From the NCBI GenBank assembly GCA_944389495.1, contig CALXMN010000002.1, forward strand, positions 18,775 through 82,774: a DNA stretch of 64,000 nt. Direction: 5' to 3'. A program made the translations under genes and the position numbers. Of the stretch, positions 20,465 to 30,418 are shown one piece after another (the first letter of the stretch is position 1; each line of letters starts with the position of its first letter). The notes under the pieces were generated by a model. That model worked only from the letters and a program-made list of their open reading frames with translations, had not been told where the DNA came from and did no database searches. The DNA is from an uncultured Alphaproteobacteria bacterium. GTDB taxonomy: Bacteria > Pseudomonadota > Alphaproteobacteria > Rs-D84.

Positions 20465-21337
20465 GTGGTTATGAAACTGAGATTTATGAAATATCGTAAA
20501 TTGTCGTACTGGATTGCGGGCGCGTTCATTTTGTTGTCTGTGGTATCGTTATTGTTCCGTGGATTAAACTATGGCATTGACTTTGCGGGTGGTATATCGA
20601 TGGAGGTTAAGCCAATTGTTGCCGATTATACCATTGATAAAATGCGTACTGATTTGGAACAATTCAGTCCCGAATTGCAATCTGTTGGGGAAGATGGCGC
20701 AATATTGGTGCGTGTCGGATTGCCCAAGGGCGCAACAGATGCGGAACAAAATGCGCGTGTTGTGGAAATCAAGGATATTTTGGGTAATAATGTTGAATAT
20801 TCCCAGGTGCAAATTGTTGGGCCAAAAATTGGTGACGAATTGGTGCGTGGTGGTATTTTGGCGATTTTGTTTTCGTTCATACTGATGTCTGTTTATGTGT
20901 GGGTGCGTTATCGTGGGGGATATGCAATTGGTTCCTTTATATCTTTGTGTTTGGACTTTGTTATTATGTTTGGATTCTTTTCTATTACCGGATTGGAATT
21001 CAATCAAACGGCCATCGCAGTTATTTTGATGGGGGTTGGCTACTCTATTAATGACAAGGTTGTTAACTATGACCGTATAGAAGAAAATATAAAAAAATAT
21101 CATAAAATGCCGATGGATGACTTGATTGATTTGTCGGTTAATGAAATGATGCGCAGAACGATTATGACCGGTGTTTCAACAATATTGGCAATGGTTGCAT
21201 TGTATTTGTTTGGTGGGCCGGCGTTGCGGGACTTTGCAATCGCAATGACATTCGCGGTCGTTATGGGAACATTTACAAGTATTTATATTTCAAATGTTAT
21301 ACTGTATCATTTTAACTTGCGGGATGATACAAAGTAA
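20465..21337 (+). CDS. secF: Protein translocase subunit SecF
   Basis: 290 aa with six TMs and the SecF core (GIDFAGG). It lies directly downstream of secD. Confidence 0.9.
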   Translation: MVMKLRFMKYRKLSYWIAGAFILLSVVSLLFRGLNYGIDFAGGISMEVKPIVADYTIDKMRTDLEQFSPELQSVGEDGAILVRVGLPKGATDAEQNARVVEIKDILGNNVEYSQVQIVGPKIGDELVRGGILAILFSFILMSVYVWVRYRGGYAIGSFISLCLDFVIMFGFFSITGLEFNQTAIAVILMGVGYSINDKVVNYDRIEENIKKYHKMPMDDLIDLSVNEMMRRTIMTGVSTILAMVALYLFGGPALRDFAIAMTFAVVMGTFTSIYISNVILYHFNLRDDTK

Positions 21338-21376
21338 GTATATTGCACCGTAAACGGGGATGGGGGGACAAGGTAT

Positions 21377-22885
21377 ATGAGGATAATAAAATTATTTTTA
21401 TTCGCATTTTTTACCCTGGGGGTGGTGCCCTGTTTCGCAGGCGAGAGTTTATTCTTTGAGGACGAGCCGGTTCAAGATGGGCTTAATGTATTTGATGTTT
21501 CAAAAACGTTTGCGGAAATATATGAAAAATTGGATGATGTTAAGTGGGCCGGAAAAAATATAAATGTTGCAATTGAAAGTTTGGAAAAATTGAATTCACA
21601 CGCGCATATCGCAGCCACCGATGAACGGGTGGTTCTGGTTTGGGATGATGCGATTATTGCAAACTATCCACGGCCGAAATCCGAAGATTGGAACGGATTC
21701 GGGGAAATTACAACCGCATTGATATTGAAACTGCGGGCGAATGATGCAATTCTGCATAACGCCAGCGAGAGTGAAATGTATCAATTGGTTGTGGACAGTT
21801 TAATGCGCGGAATTGATGAAAATGGACGCTATATTTATTCGCGCCAGGCCGAAATCACAGAAGATGGACGAATCTTGACCAGTGCCGGCATAGAGGGGGG
21901 GCGTGATGCGCGTGGTAATTGGCGTGTTAATGGTATTTATAAGGATTCACCCGCAGATACCGCCGGAATACGGGCCGGGGATTTAATTGTTGCGATAAAT
22001 GGTGTAAATGTTGCCGAAATGTCTGATGCGGATTTGTCGGCCGTGATGTCTGGATTTAATTCTGGTACATCAAAAATAAAGGTATTGTCGCCGGGTGGGG
22101 CGCGTGATGTCGTTTTACGGCGTGCAACCATCATTTTGGCCGATGCAGACGTTGTTCACCGCAGCGATGCAGAAACGGGGGGGATATTGGAAATTGTTGT
22201 GCATAAAATATCTGATAATGCCGCGGCCATAGTAAATGAAGCCTTGGCGAAATATCCAGATGTTTCGGGAATTGTTCTGGATTTACGTGCCGCGACGGGT
22301 GATGATGAACGTGCCGCAGCAAAATTGGCCGGATTGTTTATTGGAAAAAAGCCGGTTATGCGTATAGTAGAAACCGCCAAGGATGAGGTAGAGGTTATAC
22401 CCGGTGGTAATGCTGTAACGAATGCACCGGTTGTTGTGTTGATGTCAAATATGACACGTGGTACGGCCGAGGCCATTGTTGCCGCGTTCTATGAAAATGA
22501 ACGTGGTGTTTTGGTTGGAACGCCAACCGCCGGCAGTGCGCGTATTGCAACACGCATAAATCTTGATAATGGTGGGGCGTTGGAATTATTAAATAAATCT
22601 ATTAAGACGGGGTCAGGACGTGCAATTGATGGGCGGGGAATTTTCCCGATTGTGTGTTTGTCGAATATTCGATCTGCGAATCAACAAAATGCATTCTTTT
22701 TAAATGTTATTAATAATGACTTTAACGCCCAGGATTTCAATAATCGTGATGATATTGATCCAGATGCTGTGCGTCGTGGTTGTCCAGTTATAACCAGTGG
22801 GGCGGATGAAGATGCTTTGTCCGCGGCCGTGGCCGCAAAGATATTGACGGACCCCAAGGTTTACAATAAACTGGTTGCGGAATAA
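21377..22885 (+). CDS. S41-family (C-terminal processing peptidase-like) periplasmic protein with PDZ domain; catalytic Ser/Lys positions appear substituted
   Basis: Signal peptide, a PDZ-like segment (GIRAGDLIVAINGVNVAEM) and an S41-like core. The expected SASASE segment reads TRGTAE and the TFGKG segment reads TAGSA. This alignment was made by eye. Confidence 0.6.
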   Translation: MRIIKLFLFAFFTLGVVPCFAGESLFFEDEPVQDGLNVFDVSKTFAEIYEKLDDVKWAGKNINVAIESLEKLNSHAHIAATDERVVLVWDDAIIANYPRPKSEDWNGFGEITTALILKLRANDAILHNASESEMYQLVVDSLMRGIDENGRYIYSRQAEITEDGRILTSAGIEGGRDARGNWRVNGIYKDSPADTAGIRAGDLIVAINGVNVAEMSDADLSAVMSGFNSGTSKIKVLSPGGARDVVLRRATIILADADVVHRSDAETGGILEIVVHKISDNAAAIVNEALAKYPDVSGIVLDLRAATGDDERAAAKLAGLFIGKKPVMRIVETAKDEVEVIPGGNAVTNAPVVVLMSNMTRGTAEAIVAAFYENERGVLVGTPTAGSARIATRINLDNGGALELLNKSIKTGSGRAIDGRGIFPIVCLSNIRSANQQNAFFLNVINNDFNAQDFNNRDDIDPDAVRRGCPVITSGADEDALSAAVAAKILTDPKVYNKLVAE

Positions 22886-22900
22886 TTTAATGGGTATGTT

Positions 22901-23599
22901 ATGTTTTTAACAAAAGATAATAAAATAAAGTGGAATTGGATTGCCTGTGCCGCGGTTATTACGGCACTGATGGTGGTTGTGGGAATTGCTGGGGTGGATA
23001 AACCGTTGTATTTATTCCTGCGCCAGTTTGATTTTAAAATATGGCATTTGTTTGATAGGTTGTTTGATGCCAAGGTTTGGATTATTGTTTCTTTTGTTGT
23101 GTTGTTGGTGTTTTATATTAAAAAAAGTATTAAGCAAAAGCCAAGATACAGAAATCATAAAAATCAGCCCAGTTTTATGGCATTCTGTAATGATGCATTT
23201 GATAAAACGCGTAATAGTTATGCATTCTTTGTTTTGTGTTCCGTCTTGGCGGCAAGTGTCGTTGGGAAAGTATTGAAAATTGTCATAGGTCGTATGCGCC
23301 CCGTATTTTTCGAAGCGTTGGATAAAACGGGATTTGTTCCGTTTTCAACAGATTGGGCGTTTAATTCTATGCCGTCGGGGCATACGTTTGCTTCGTTTGC
23401 AGGATTGGTTATGTTGGGGTTGTTGGCGCCAAAGATAAAATGGTTTACGTGGACACTGGCAATAATAATTGGTTTGTCACGTATATGTGTTGGGGCGCAT
23501 TGGCCGTCGGATGTTATTTTTGGGGCGTTTATTGGTATGGTGGCCGCAGACCTGGTCAAGGCCGGATTAAAACGCTATGGACCAGAGTTGGTAAGGTAA
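22901..23599 (+). CDS. PAP2-family membrane phosphatase (PgpB/LpxE-like)
   Basis: PAP2 motifs KxxxxxxRP (KIVIGRMRP), PSGH (MPSGHT) and SRxxxxxHxxxD (SRICVGAHWPSD) in a multi-TM protein. Confidence 0.75.
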   Translation: MFLTKDNKIKWNWIACAAVITALMVVVGIAGVDKPLYLFLRQFDFKIWHLFDRLFDAKVWIIVSFVVLLVFYIKKSIKQKPRYRNHKNQPSFMAFCNDAFDKTRNSYAFFVLCSVLAASVVGKVLKIVIGRMRPVFFEALDKTGFVPFSTDWAFNSMPSGHTFASFAGLVMLGLLAPKIKWFTWTLAIIIGLSRICVGAHWPSDVIFGAFIGMVAADLVKAGLKRYGPELVR

Positions 23600-23647
23600 A
23601 GTATTTTTTATCTAAATCCCTAACATTTTTATCTTTTTTATGATAAA

Positions 23648-25912
23648 ATGCGGGGTATGGCAAGGAAGTCGAATTTTTTCCCGGAAAGTGTTTCAAATGC
23701 TTTAAAGATTTTAATTAAGCGCGTGGCCGGCGGCCTGATGCTGGGGGTGGCGTTATGGGCTTTGGTGGCGTTGTTCTTGTTTGATCCGTATTTGGACGGT
23801 TTTGCCGCGGCAAGTACGTTTGGTAATCAATCCGCTATGGGGCAAATTGTCGGGTTCTTGCGATATGGTATCGGTTTTATTCCGGCGATGTTTTTGATCT
23901 TGTGTTTTGCCCGGTGGGGATTGGCCTGGTTGGCAAATTGGGATGAATATGCCGCACCAGAGTATAATTTAATAAGATGTTTTGTTGCACTGTGCGTTGG
24001 GGCGGCGGGATTTGGTTTAATTGCGCCGGAATCAACGTTTGGCGGAATGATGGGATGTATTGTGGCATCTGATGTCGGTGGAATAATTGGCGGATGGGCT
24101 GTATTGGTTGGAATTGTTGCGCTTGGGATTTTTGCGGTGTTGGGTGCCGTGTTGCTGCATATAAAGTGGGCACATATCAAGGGCGTGGTGCGTATGGGAT
24201 GGCACGGTGTACGTTGGTTATTGTCTGTGTTTCATTTGGTGTCTTTGCCGGTGGCCGCGGATGCGGATGATGCAGATGATGGCGATGAAAACGAAAATGA
24301 ATACGAGGAAGATACAACCGCGGAAGATGCGGTTGAAGATAAGCCTGCGCGTCGTACACGTCGTCGGACAACACGTGCAGTGCGAACCAAGGTGGCCACA
24401 GGTGATTATGAATATGAATTGCCGGACCCCGCGTTTCTGGAGCGGTCCAATTTTGGTAAAAATATCGTAACTCCCGAATTAAAGCGTAATGCGGCCGCAA
24501 TGGAGGTGCATTTTGCCGAATACGGTGTGCACGGACACGTTGTAGGAATACGGCCCGGACCAATTGTGACCCTGTATGAATTTATGCCGGAAAGTGGTGT
24601 GCGTATGGCCGATGTTAGCAAGACTGTAAAAGATATGACACGTGCAATGGCAACGGAAAATATTCGTATTGCGCATATCCCCAGTACACAATTAATTGGT
24701 GTGGAAATGGTTAATATTACCCGCCAGACCGTACGTTTTCAATCATTGGTGGATAATGATACGTTTATAAATTCTAAATATAAAATACCACTTGCGCTGG
24801 GGGTGGATATTGGTGGAAATCCAATGTATTTTGATTTGGCAAAAATGCCGCATATGTTGATTGCAGGACGTACAGGGTCGGGTAAATCTGTGTTTGTGCA
24901 ATCTATTATTATGTCAATTGTGTATCACTTTACACCCGATAAGTGCAAGTTGATTATTATTGACCCCAAGGGGGTTGATTTTGGATTCTGGGATGACATT
25001 CCGCATCTTATAACACCGATTGTAAAGTTAGACGCCGGGGCCGCCGTTAATGCATTGAAATGGGCCGTGCGTGAAATGGAAGAACGGTATAAACAATTAC
25101 AGGTTTTAAATGCAAGAAATATCGAAAGTTATAACGAGATGGCCGCGCAAAAACGCGAAAGCGGTGAAAAAATTACTCGACAAGTGGCCGTTGGCACAGA
25201 TGAAGAAACCGGTGAATTGCTGTTTGAAACGCAAGAGGTTGATTTATCTGATATGCCATATATTGTAATTATTATAGACGAGGTGGCTGATTTAATGAGT
25301 TTGGCCCGTAAAGAGGTTGAGGCCTGTGTCCAACGTATCGCACAAAAGGCCCGTGCGGCGGGTATTCATTTGGTTATGGCAACCCAGCGTCCAGATGCAA
25401 CGACCATCACCGGCGTTATCAAGGCCAATTTCCCAACACGCGTATCGTTCCAGGCACGCAGTGTAATTGATTCGATGACAACGTTGGGCGAAAAAGGGGC
25501 CGAACAATTATTATCCTGTGGCGATATGTTGTTTAGCGAGGCCGGGCGTGTTCCTGTTCGTATACACGGCGCATTTATCTCTGATGAAGAAATGAACAGG
25601 GTTGGCGATTTCCTTAGGGCCCAGGGAGAACCAGAATATGCAGAAGGTGTTACCGATGGTGATGCCGGTACAGATGCAGGGGCGGGGGTAATTCCGGGAT
25701 TGCCGGGGGCGGCACCAACCAAGGCCGATAAAGATGCAGATTTATATACCCAGGCCAAGGAAATAGTTATTCGTGATAAAAAACCGACTATTTCATATAT
25801 CCAGCGACGTTTGGGCGTTGGATATAACAAAGCTGCGGGTTTTATGGAAAGAATGGAGCAAGAGGGCATTGTCAGCCCACCAGATGCAAATAATAAAAGA
25901 CATATATTATAA
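23648..25912 (+). CDS. ftsK: DNA translocase FtsK
   Basis: N-terminal TM domain, an acidic linker, an AAA+ motor with Walker A GRTGSGKSV, and a C-terminal gamma winged-helix domain. Confidence 0.9.
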   Translation: MRGMARKSNFFPESVSNALKILIKRVAGGLMLGVALWALVALFLFDPYLDGFAAASTFGNQSAMGQIVGFLRYGIGFIPAMFLILCFARWGLAWLANWDEYAAPEYNLIRCFVALCVGAAGFGLIAPESTFGGMMGCIVASDVGGIIGGWAVLVGIVALGIFAVLGAVLLHIKWAHIKGVVRMGWHGVRWLLSVFHLVSLPVAADADDADDGDENENEYEEDTTAEDAVEDKPARRTRRRTTRAVRTKVATGDYEYELPDPAFLERSNFGKNIVTPELKRNAAAMEVHFAEYGVHGHVVGIRPGPIVTLYEFMPESGVRMADVSKTVKDMTRAMATENIRIAHIPSTQLIGVEMVNITRQTVRFQSLVDNDTFINSKYKIPLALGVDIGGNPMYFDLAKMPHMLIAGRTGSGKSVFVQSIIMSIVYHFTPDKCKLIIIDPKGVDFGFWDDIPHLITPIVKLDAGAAVNALKWAVREMEERYKQLQVLNARNIESYNEMAAQKRESGEKITRQVAVGTDEETGELLFETQEVDLSDMPYIVIIIDEVADLMSLARKEVEACVQRIAQKARAAGIHLVMATQRPDATTITGVIKANFPTRVSFQARSVIDSMTTLGEKGAEQLLSCGDMLFSEAGRVPVRIHGAFISDEEMNRVGDFLRAQGEPEYAEGVTDGDAGTDAGAGVIPGLPGAAPTKADKDADLYTQAKEIVIRDKKPTISYIQRRLGVGYNKAAGFMERMEQEGIVSPPDANNKRHIL

Positions 25913-25943
25913 TAAATCCGCCGTGCGGCGGATTTCTGGTTTT
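25913..25943 (+). terminator. Rho-independent terminator after ftsK
   Basis: AAATCCGCCGTGCGGCGGATTT followed by a T-tract. Confidence 0.75.
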
Positions 25944-26011
25944 TTATGTTTTTAATGCTTTTTTGTGGGGGATTTTTATGGTATAATTTTTACCAAAAGG
26001 AGAATTATATA

Positions 26012-27214
26012 ATGATTAAGCATTTGTCTTGGTTCGCCGCAGTGGCGGTATTGTTTGGGGCAACGCCTGTGATGGCGGCAACTAATTCAGGGTTGCGCGC
26101 AGCGTCCAGTGCGGATTTAACCGGTGCACCGGCCGTACGTGAACGTACCCAGGTAAATTATGAAAAATATACAACGCGTACATCTACGAAAACGTATGAT
26201 CAGGCCGACGCAAAAAATATTTATTATACCCAGCCCGCAAATCGCAGCGAATTGTACAGACAATATGGTGATACTTCAAATGTAAATGTTCGTACAACAC
26301 GTGCAGAAACATATCGTGGTGAATTGCGGCGTAAATATTATTTGGCACATCCTTTCTTTCAGCCAACCAAGGGTAAATTTGGTTCGGTTACCGATTTGTC
26401 GTATAATATGAATTCATATGACTTGGCATTGACTCCGGTGGAGAATGGGTATATTTCCGACCCAAATGGTAAATGGGATATGAGTCAGATTTCCATCAAA
26501 GAAGACTTCAGTTTTGGTATCACAGATCGGGTTGCAATCTTGGCAATGGCACGATTTGATATTTCTGACTACAAATTTGATTGGGCTGTTGCGCCAGATG
26601 ATTCTATGGATGACAGCGGCTTGAATTTGTTTGGATTGGGGCTGCAATGGCGGTTTGCGGATACAGAAAAATGGATTGCAACCGCATCTGCGTATTATCA
26701 ATATCAAAACGATATTTCTAATAATGTTGTTTTGGATTTAAAGGCCGGGTATAAGGTCAGTTCTTCGACCATTTATGGTTTGGTTCGTGGTTGGTATTTG
26801 AACTTTGATGAGCCTTCGTATGGTAATGGTGTTACAGGTAAAACAGAAAATGGCAAAGAAGCGACATTCTTCTTGGCATATAATACAGATGCAGATAATA
26901 CGTTTTATGTAGAGGGCGGCTTGGGTGTGTTCAGTGTGCTGGATGAAGATTGGACACTGAATTTAGAAGCGATATTGGGTAACTATGACTGGCATAATCA
27001 GGCCAGTTTAAAGGCCGCAATCGGATGGCAGCCGAATGATTGGTTCGCATTAAATCTGTATGGCAAGATGGCATTGTGGGATTCCGCAAATGGCAAAGAA
27101 TTGTCTTTCTGGCAGACGGACGATGTGGATGGTGTGTTCCGGCGTATGGGGACAGCAAACCTGGATAATTATTCCGAGGCAACAATTGGTCTGCAGGCAA
27201 TATTTATGTTCTGA
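26012..27214 (+). CDS. Outer-membrane beta-barrel protein (porin-like), C-terminal Phe
   Basis: Signal peptide MIKHLSWFAAVAVLFGATPVMAA after an AAAGGAG SD, an alternating amphipathic beta-strand pattern, and a terminal ...QAIFMF. The track ORF starts upstream at 25946. Confidence 0.55.
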   Translation: MIKHLSWFAAVAVLFGATPVMAATNSGLRAASSADLTGAPAVRERTQVNYEKYTTRTSTKTYDQADAKNIYYTQPANRSELYRQYGDTSNVNVRTTRAETYRGELRRKYYLAHPFFQPTKGKFGSVTDLSYNMNSYDLALTPVENGYISDPNGKWDMSQISIKEDFSFGITDRVAILAMARFDISDYKFDWAVAPDDSMDDSGLNLFGLGLQWRFADTEKWIATASAYYQYQNDISNNVVLDLKAGYKVSSSTIYGLVRGWYLNFDEPSYGNGVTGKTENGKEATFFLAYNTDADNTFYVEGGLGVFSVLDEDWTLNLEAILGNYDWHNQASLKAAIGWQPNDWFALNLYGKMALWDSANGKELSFWQTDDVDGVFRRMGTANLDNYSEATIGLQAIFMF

Positions 27215-27304
27215 TGTGGAATCCGGACGTGATGTTGGGGTCGCGTAAAAATATACGCGACCCAAAATTTCGCAACTTTATTATTATCACAATAGGAGAG
27301 AGAT

Positions 27305-28030
27305 TTGCGTAAGTTTTTAGCCGGTTTTATTGTTTTTGTTCTTTGTGGAACATCCGTTGGGGCAAGTGCACGCGCAGATGGATTGGATTTTGATACGTCT
27401 GATCCGCTGTTTCTGCAAAAAACTAATGAGGTTCTATCCGAAACAACATTTACGTATTGGGATAATGTGTTGCGTGCCGCAGAAACATTGTCATTCGGAA
27501 TAAATGACAGATTGGCGGTTGGATTAAATGTTAATTTTCAACAGGATTTTGATGGATCCGAAGATGGATTCGGTGCGGTTGATTTGGGTGGAATATATCG
27601 TGTAGGTACCGCGGCCGGTAACAGTGCGCATATTATTTCTGATGTTTTATTTGGATTAAAATTTGGCGGATCTTCACGTGTTCGTACGCCTGATTATGCC
27701 GATTCTACCTATTATGCGGGGTATCGTTTTGGGCGTCAATGGACCGGAATGACATTGGCCGCAACGATTAAATCCAGTTGGATTTTTGATGATGATATGG
27801 GAATGGCGTATATCGACCTGACGCCAGAGGCGTATTTCCGTATCGCGCCAGATTGGCGTTTGGGGGCACATTTCACATTGCGTAAGGCAACTGAACCACA
27901 CTATGACCAAGAATGGTTGGGCGGCAAAATTATAAAACAGTATGGACGCACACAGTATGCCGCACATCTTGATTATGAATTCGAAAGCGATGATTTACAG
28001 GTCGGTTTTGATGTAAATATATTATTCTGA
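27305..28030 (+). CDS. Outer-membrane beta-barrel protein
   Basis: TTG start and the signal peptide MRKFLAGFIVFVLCGTSVGASARA. The C-terminus is beta-strand-rich and ends ...DVNILF. Confidence 0.5.
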   Translation: MRKFLAGFIVFVLCGTSVGASARADGLDFDTSDPLFLQKTNEVLSETTFTYWDNVLRAAETLSFGINDRLAVGLNVNFQQDFDGSEDGFGAVDLGGIYRVGTAAGNSAHIISDVLFGLKFGGSSRVRTPDYADSTYYAGYRFGRQWTGMTLAATIKSSWIFDDDMGMAYIDLTPEAYFRIAPDWRLGAHFTLRKATEPHYDQEWLGGKIIKQYGRTQYAAHLDYEFESDDLQVGFDVNILF

Positions 28031-28060
28031 GATAAAAATCCCCATTGGGGATTTTTTATT
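28031..28060 (+). terminator. Rho-independent terminator
   Basis: AAAATCCCCATTGGGGATTTTTTATT. Confidence 0.75.
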
Positions 28061-28110
28061 AGTTGTTGTGTGTTGACATTTTTTGACTTTGTGTAATAAT
28101 TTGCGCTGTT

Positions 28111-29073
28111 ATGACAGAAAAAATAGCATTTGTTTTCCCGGGCCAGGGCGCACAATATGTTGGTATGGCACGGGACTTGTTTGACGAGTTTCCGGTTGTT
28201 CGCTATACGTTCGAACAAATTTCGGATATTTCACATAAAAATATTTCAGACGTTTGTTTTAATGGGCCATTTGATGTTTTGAACCGGCCAGAGTTGACAT
28301 CGCTTGGTACTTTGGCGCATTCGGTGTCAATTGCACGAATAATTCAAGACCACTTTAAAGTAAATTTATATGAAATTGGCTATGCGATTGTGGGGCATTC
28401 AATGGGACAATATTCTGCTTTGCATTGTGCGGGCAGTTTGGATATTGCGGATACGGTACATTTATTGTCGGCGCGTTCCGGTTATATGTCTATGGCAGAT
28501 AAATCTGGTGGTGGAATGGCCTGTATAGTTGGTTTGGATAAAGATGATGTTGAAAATTGTTTGTTGGCCGCAACCGGGCGCGGATATGCGGCGATTTCAA
28601 ACCATAATGCACGCGATCAGTTTACAATCAGTGGTCAAAATGATGCGCTGGATGCGGTTGTGGCGCGGGCACGCGACAAAGGCGCGCGATTGGCCAAGCG
28701 TTTAAATGTTGCCGTGCCTGCACACTGTGCATTGATGGAAAATGCACAGATTTTATTACGCAGACGTTTAGAGTCTATTAATGTCAAGGCACCAAAAACA
28801 AATTGGTTTTCAAATCAAAGTGCAAATGTAATGGTTAATCCCCAGGATGTTAAAGATGCGTTGGCCGATCAAATGACGCACGGGGTGCGCTGGTTCGATA
28901 TAATGCAAAAATTTCCGGAATATAATATCACAATTGCGTATGAATTGGGGCCGGGACGTACATTGACGGGGCTTATAAATCGTGCAAACGTTGGATGTAA
29001 TGCATATACAACCGATAATCTTAGGAATGTGCACGTAATGTTAGAAATGTTGGAAAAGTCATTTTCACACTAG
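28111..29073 (+). CDS. fabD: Malonyl-CoA:ACP transacylase
   Basis: FVFPGQGAQYVGM and the active-site GHSMGQYSAL motif. 320 aa. Confidence 0.9.
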   Translation: MTEKIAFVFPGQGAQYVGMARDLFDEFPVVRYTFEQISDISHKNISDVCFNGPFDVLNRPELTSLGTLAHSVSIARIIQDHFKVNLYEIGYAIVGHSMGQYSALHCAGSLDIADTVHLLSARSGYMSMADKSGGGMACIVGLDKDDVENCLLAATGRGYAAISNHNARDQFTISGQNDALDAVVARARDKGARLAKRLNVAVPAHCALMENAQILLRRRLESINVKAPKTNWFSNQSANVMVNPQDVKDALADQMTHGVRWFDIMQKFPEYNITIAYELGPGRTLTGLINRANVGCNAYTTDNLRNVHVMLEMLEKSFSH

Positions 29074-30353
29074 GACTGTTTGGTGTTAATTTTTTCACGC
29101 AGCATATCCCAGTATTCCAGACGCTTTTTTATTTCGCGTTCAAATCCGCGTTCAATTGGATAATAAAATTTTTGTCGACCCATAGATTCAGGAAAACAAT
29201 TTTGACCCGAAAAGCCAGACGCGGTATCTGGTTCGTAAATATATCCGGCGCCATAGCCCATATCGCGCATCATACGTGTTGGGGCGTTTAATATGTTTTT
29301 GGGGGGTATTAAACTGCCCGTTTCACGGGCGCTTCGATATGCGGTTGTTTGGGCCCGATAATTCGCCGTGCTTTTTGGCGCAGTTCCCAGGTATATTACC
29401 AATTCCGTCAGGGCCAAGTCGCCTTCTGGACTGCCCATACGTTCGTATACCTGCCACGCAGCCAAAGCGATTTGCATAGCGTTCGGATCCGCCAAACCAA
29501 TATCCTCCATCGCGAATCGGGTTAAACGTCGAAAAAGGTACATTGGATCCTGGCCAGAGGTCATCATTCGGGCCGTCCAATACAGGGCCGCGTCCGTATC
29601 GCTGGCGCGCAGTGATTTATGTACCGCAGAAATTAAGTTATAATGTTCGTCGCCTGTTTTATCGGATAATGGTGCGCGCTTTTGAATTGCGGAATCCAAT
29701 GCATCGGGCGATAGTTTCTTTTTAAAATTTGCGTTTGATAAATATTCAATTGTATTTAATAAAAAACGGGCGTCGCCATCCGCCATCTGGGCCAGGTGCA
29801 GGCGCGCCGCATCGTCCAATGGTAATTTTTTATCCAAAAATTTTTCGGCACGTGTTATTAGTGTCATTAAATCTTCGGTTGATAATGGTTGTAATACGCC
29901 AACGTGACAGCGCGACAGTAATGCGTTATTTAAATTAAAACTGGGATTTTCGGTGGTGGCGCCCATAAATACAACGGTTCCATCTTCTAGGTATGGTAAT
30001 AACGTGTCTTGTTGTGTTTTGTTAAATCTGTGTATTTCGTCGATAAATAATAATGTCCCACGGCCGATTTCACGGTTCATACGTGCGGCCTCCATCGCTT
30101 TTTTTATATCTGCCGTGCCCGAAAATACCGCAGACATTGGCACAAAGTCCATATCAACAGATTTTGCCAATGCACGGGCAATTGTGGTCTTGCCACAACC
30201 CGGGGGACCCCATAAGATTAAATTGGATAATTTATGATTGTCAACCATACGACGTACCAGACCGTTTTCACCCAATAATTGAGGCTGGCCCACAATTTCA
30301 TCAATTGTGGCCGGGCGCATTAAATCGGCAAGTGGTCGGGTCTCGGATGACAT
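29070..30353 (-). CDS. rarA: Replication-associated recombination protein A (MgsA/RarA AAA+ ATPase)
   Basis: Walker A LILWGPPGCGKTT, the IHRFNKTQQD sensor, and the RarA C-terminal helical domain. Confidence 0.9.
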   Translation of the reverse strand: MSSETRPLADLMRPATIDEIVGQPQLLGENGLVRRMVDNHKLSNLILWGPPGCGKTTIARALAKSVDMDFVPMSAVFSGTADIKKAMEAARMNREIGRGTLLFIDEIHRFNKTQQDTLLPYLEDGTVVFMGATTENPSFNLNNALLSRCHVGVLQPLSTEDLMTLITRAEKFLDKKLPLDDAARLHLAQMADGDARFLLNTIEYLSNANFKKKLSPDALDSAIQKRAPLSDKTGDEHYNLISAVHKSLRASDTDAALYWTARMMTSGQDPMYLFRRLTRFAMEDIGLADPNAMQIALAAWQVYERMGSPEGDLALTELVIYLGTAPKSTANYRAQTTAYRSARETGSLIPPKNILNAPTRMMRDMGYGAGYIYEPDTASGFSGQNCFPESMGRQKFYYPIERGFEREIKKRLEYWDMLREKINTKQS

Positions 30354-30418
30354 TTTTTATTGTTTTACTTATGTTTTATTTAATCTTTATTTATGATATA
30401 ATAAATTCTAGTAAATTA

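Noticed and set aside
20564-21103. 179-aa minus-strand ORF, plus other ORFs of 60-140 aa, inside secD and secF
   Set aside because: They are antisense to conserved membrane-protein genes, with no independent signals.
30053-30418. Long upstream extension of the mucR ORF (248-aa ORF)
   Set aside because: It overlaps rarA on the opposite strand. The Ros/MucR homology begins only near 30419.
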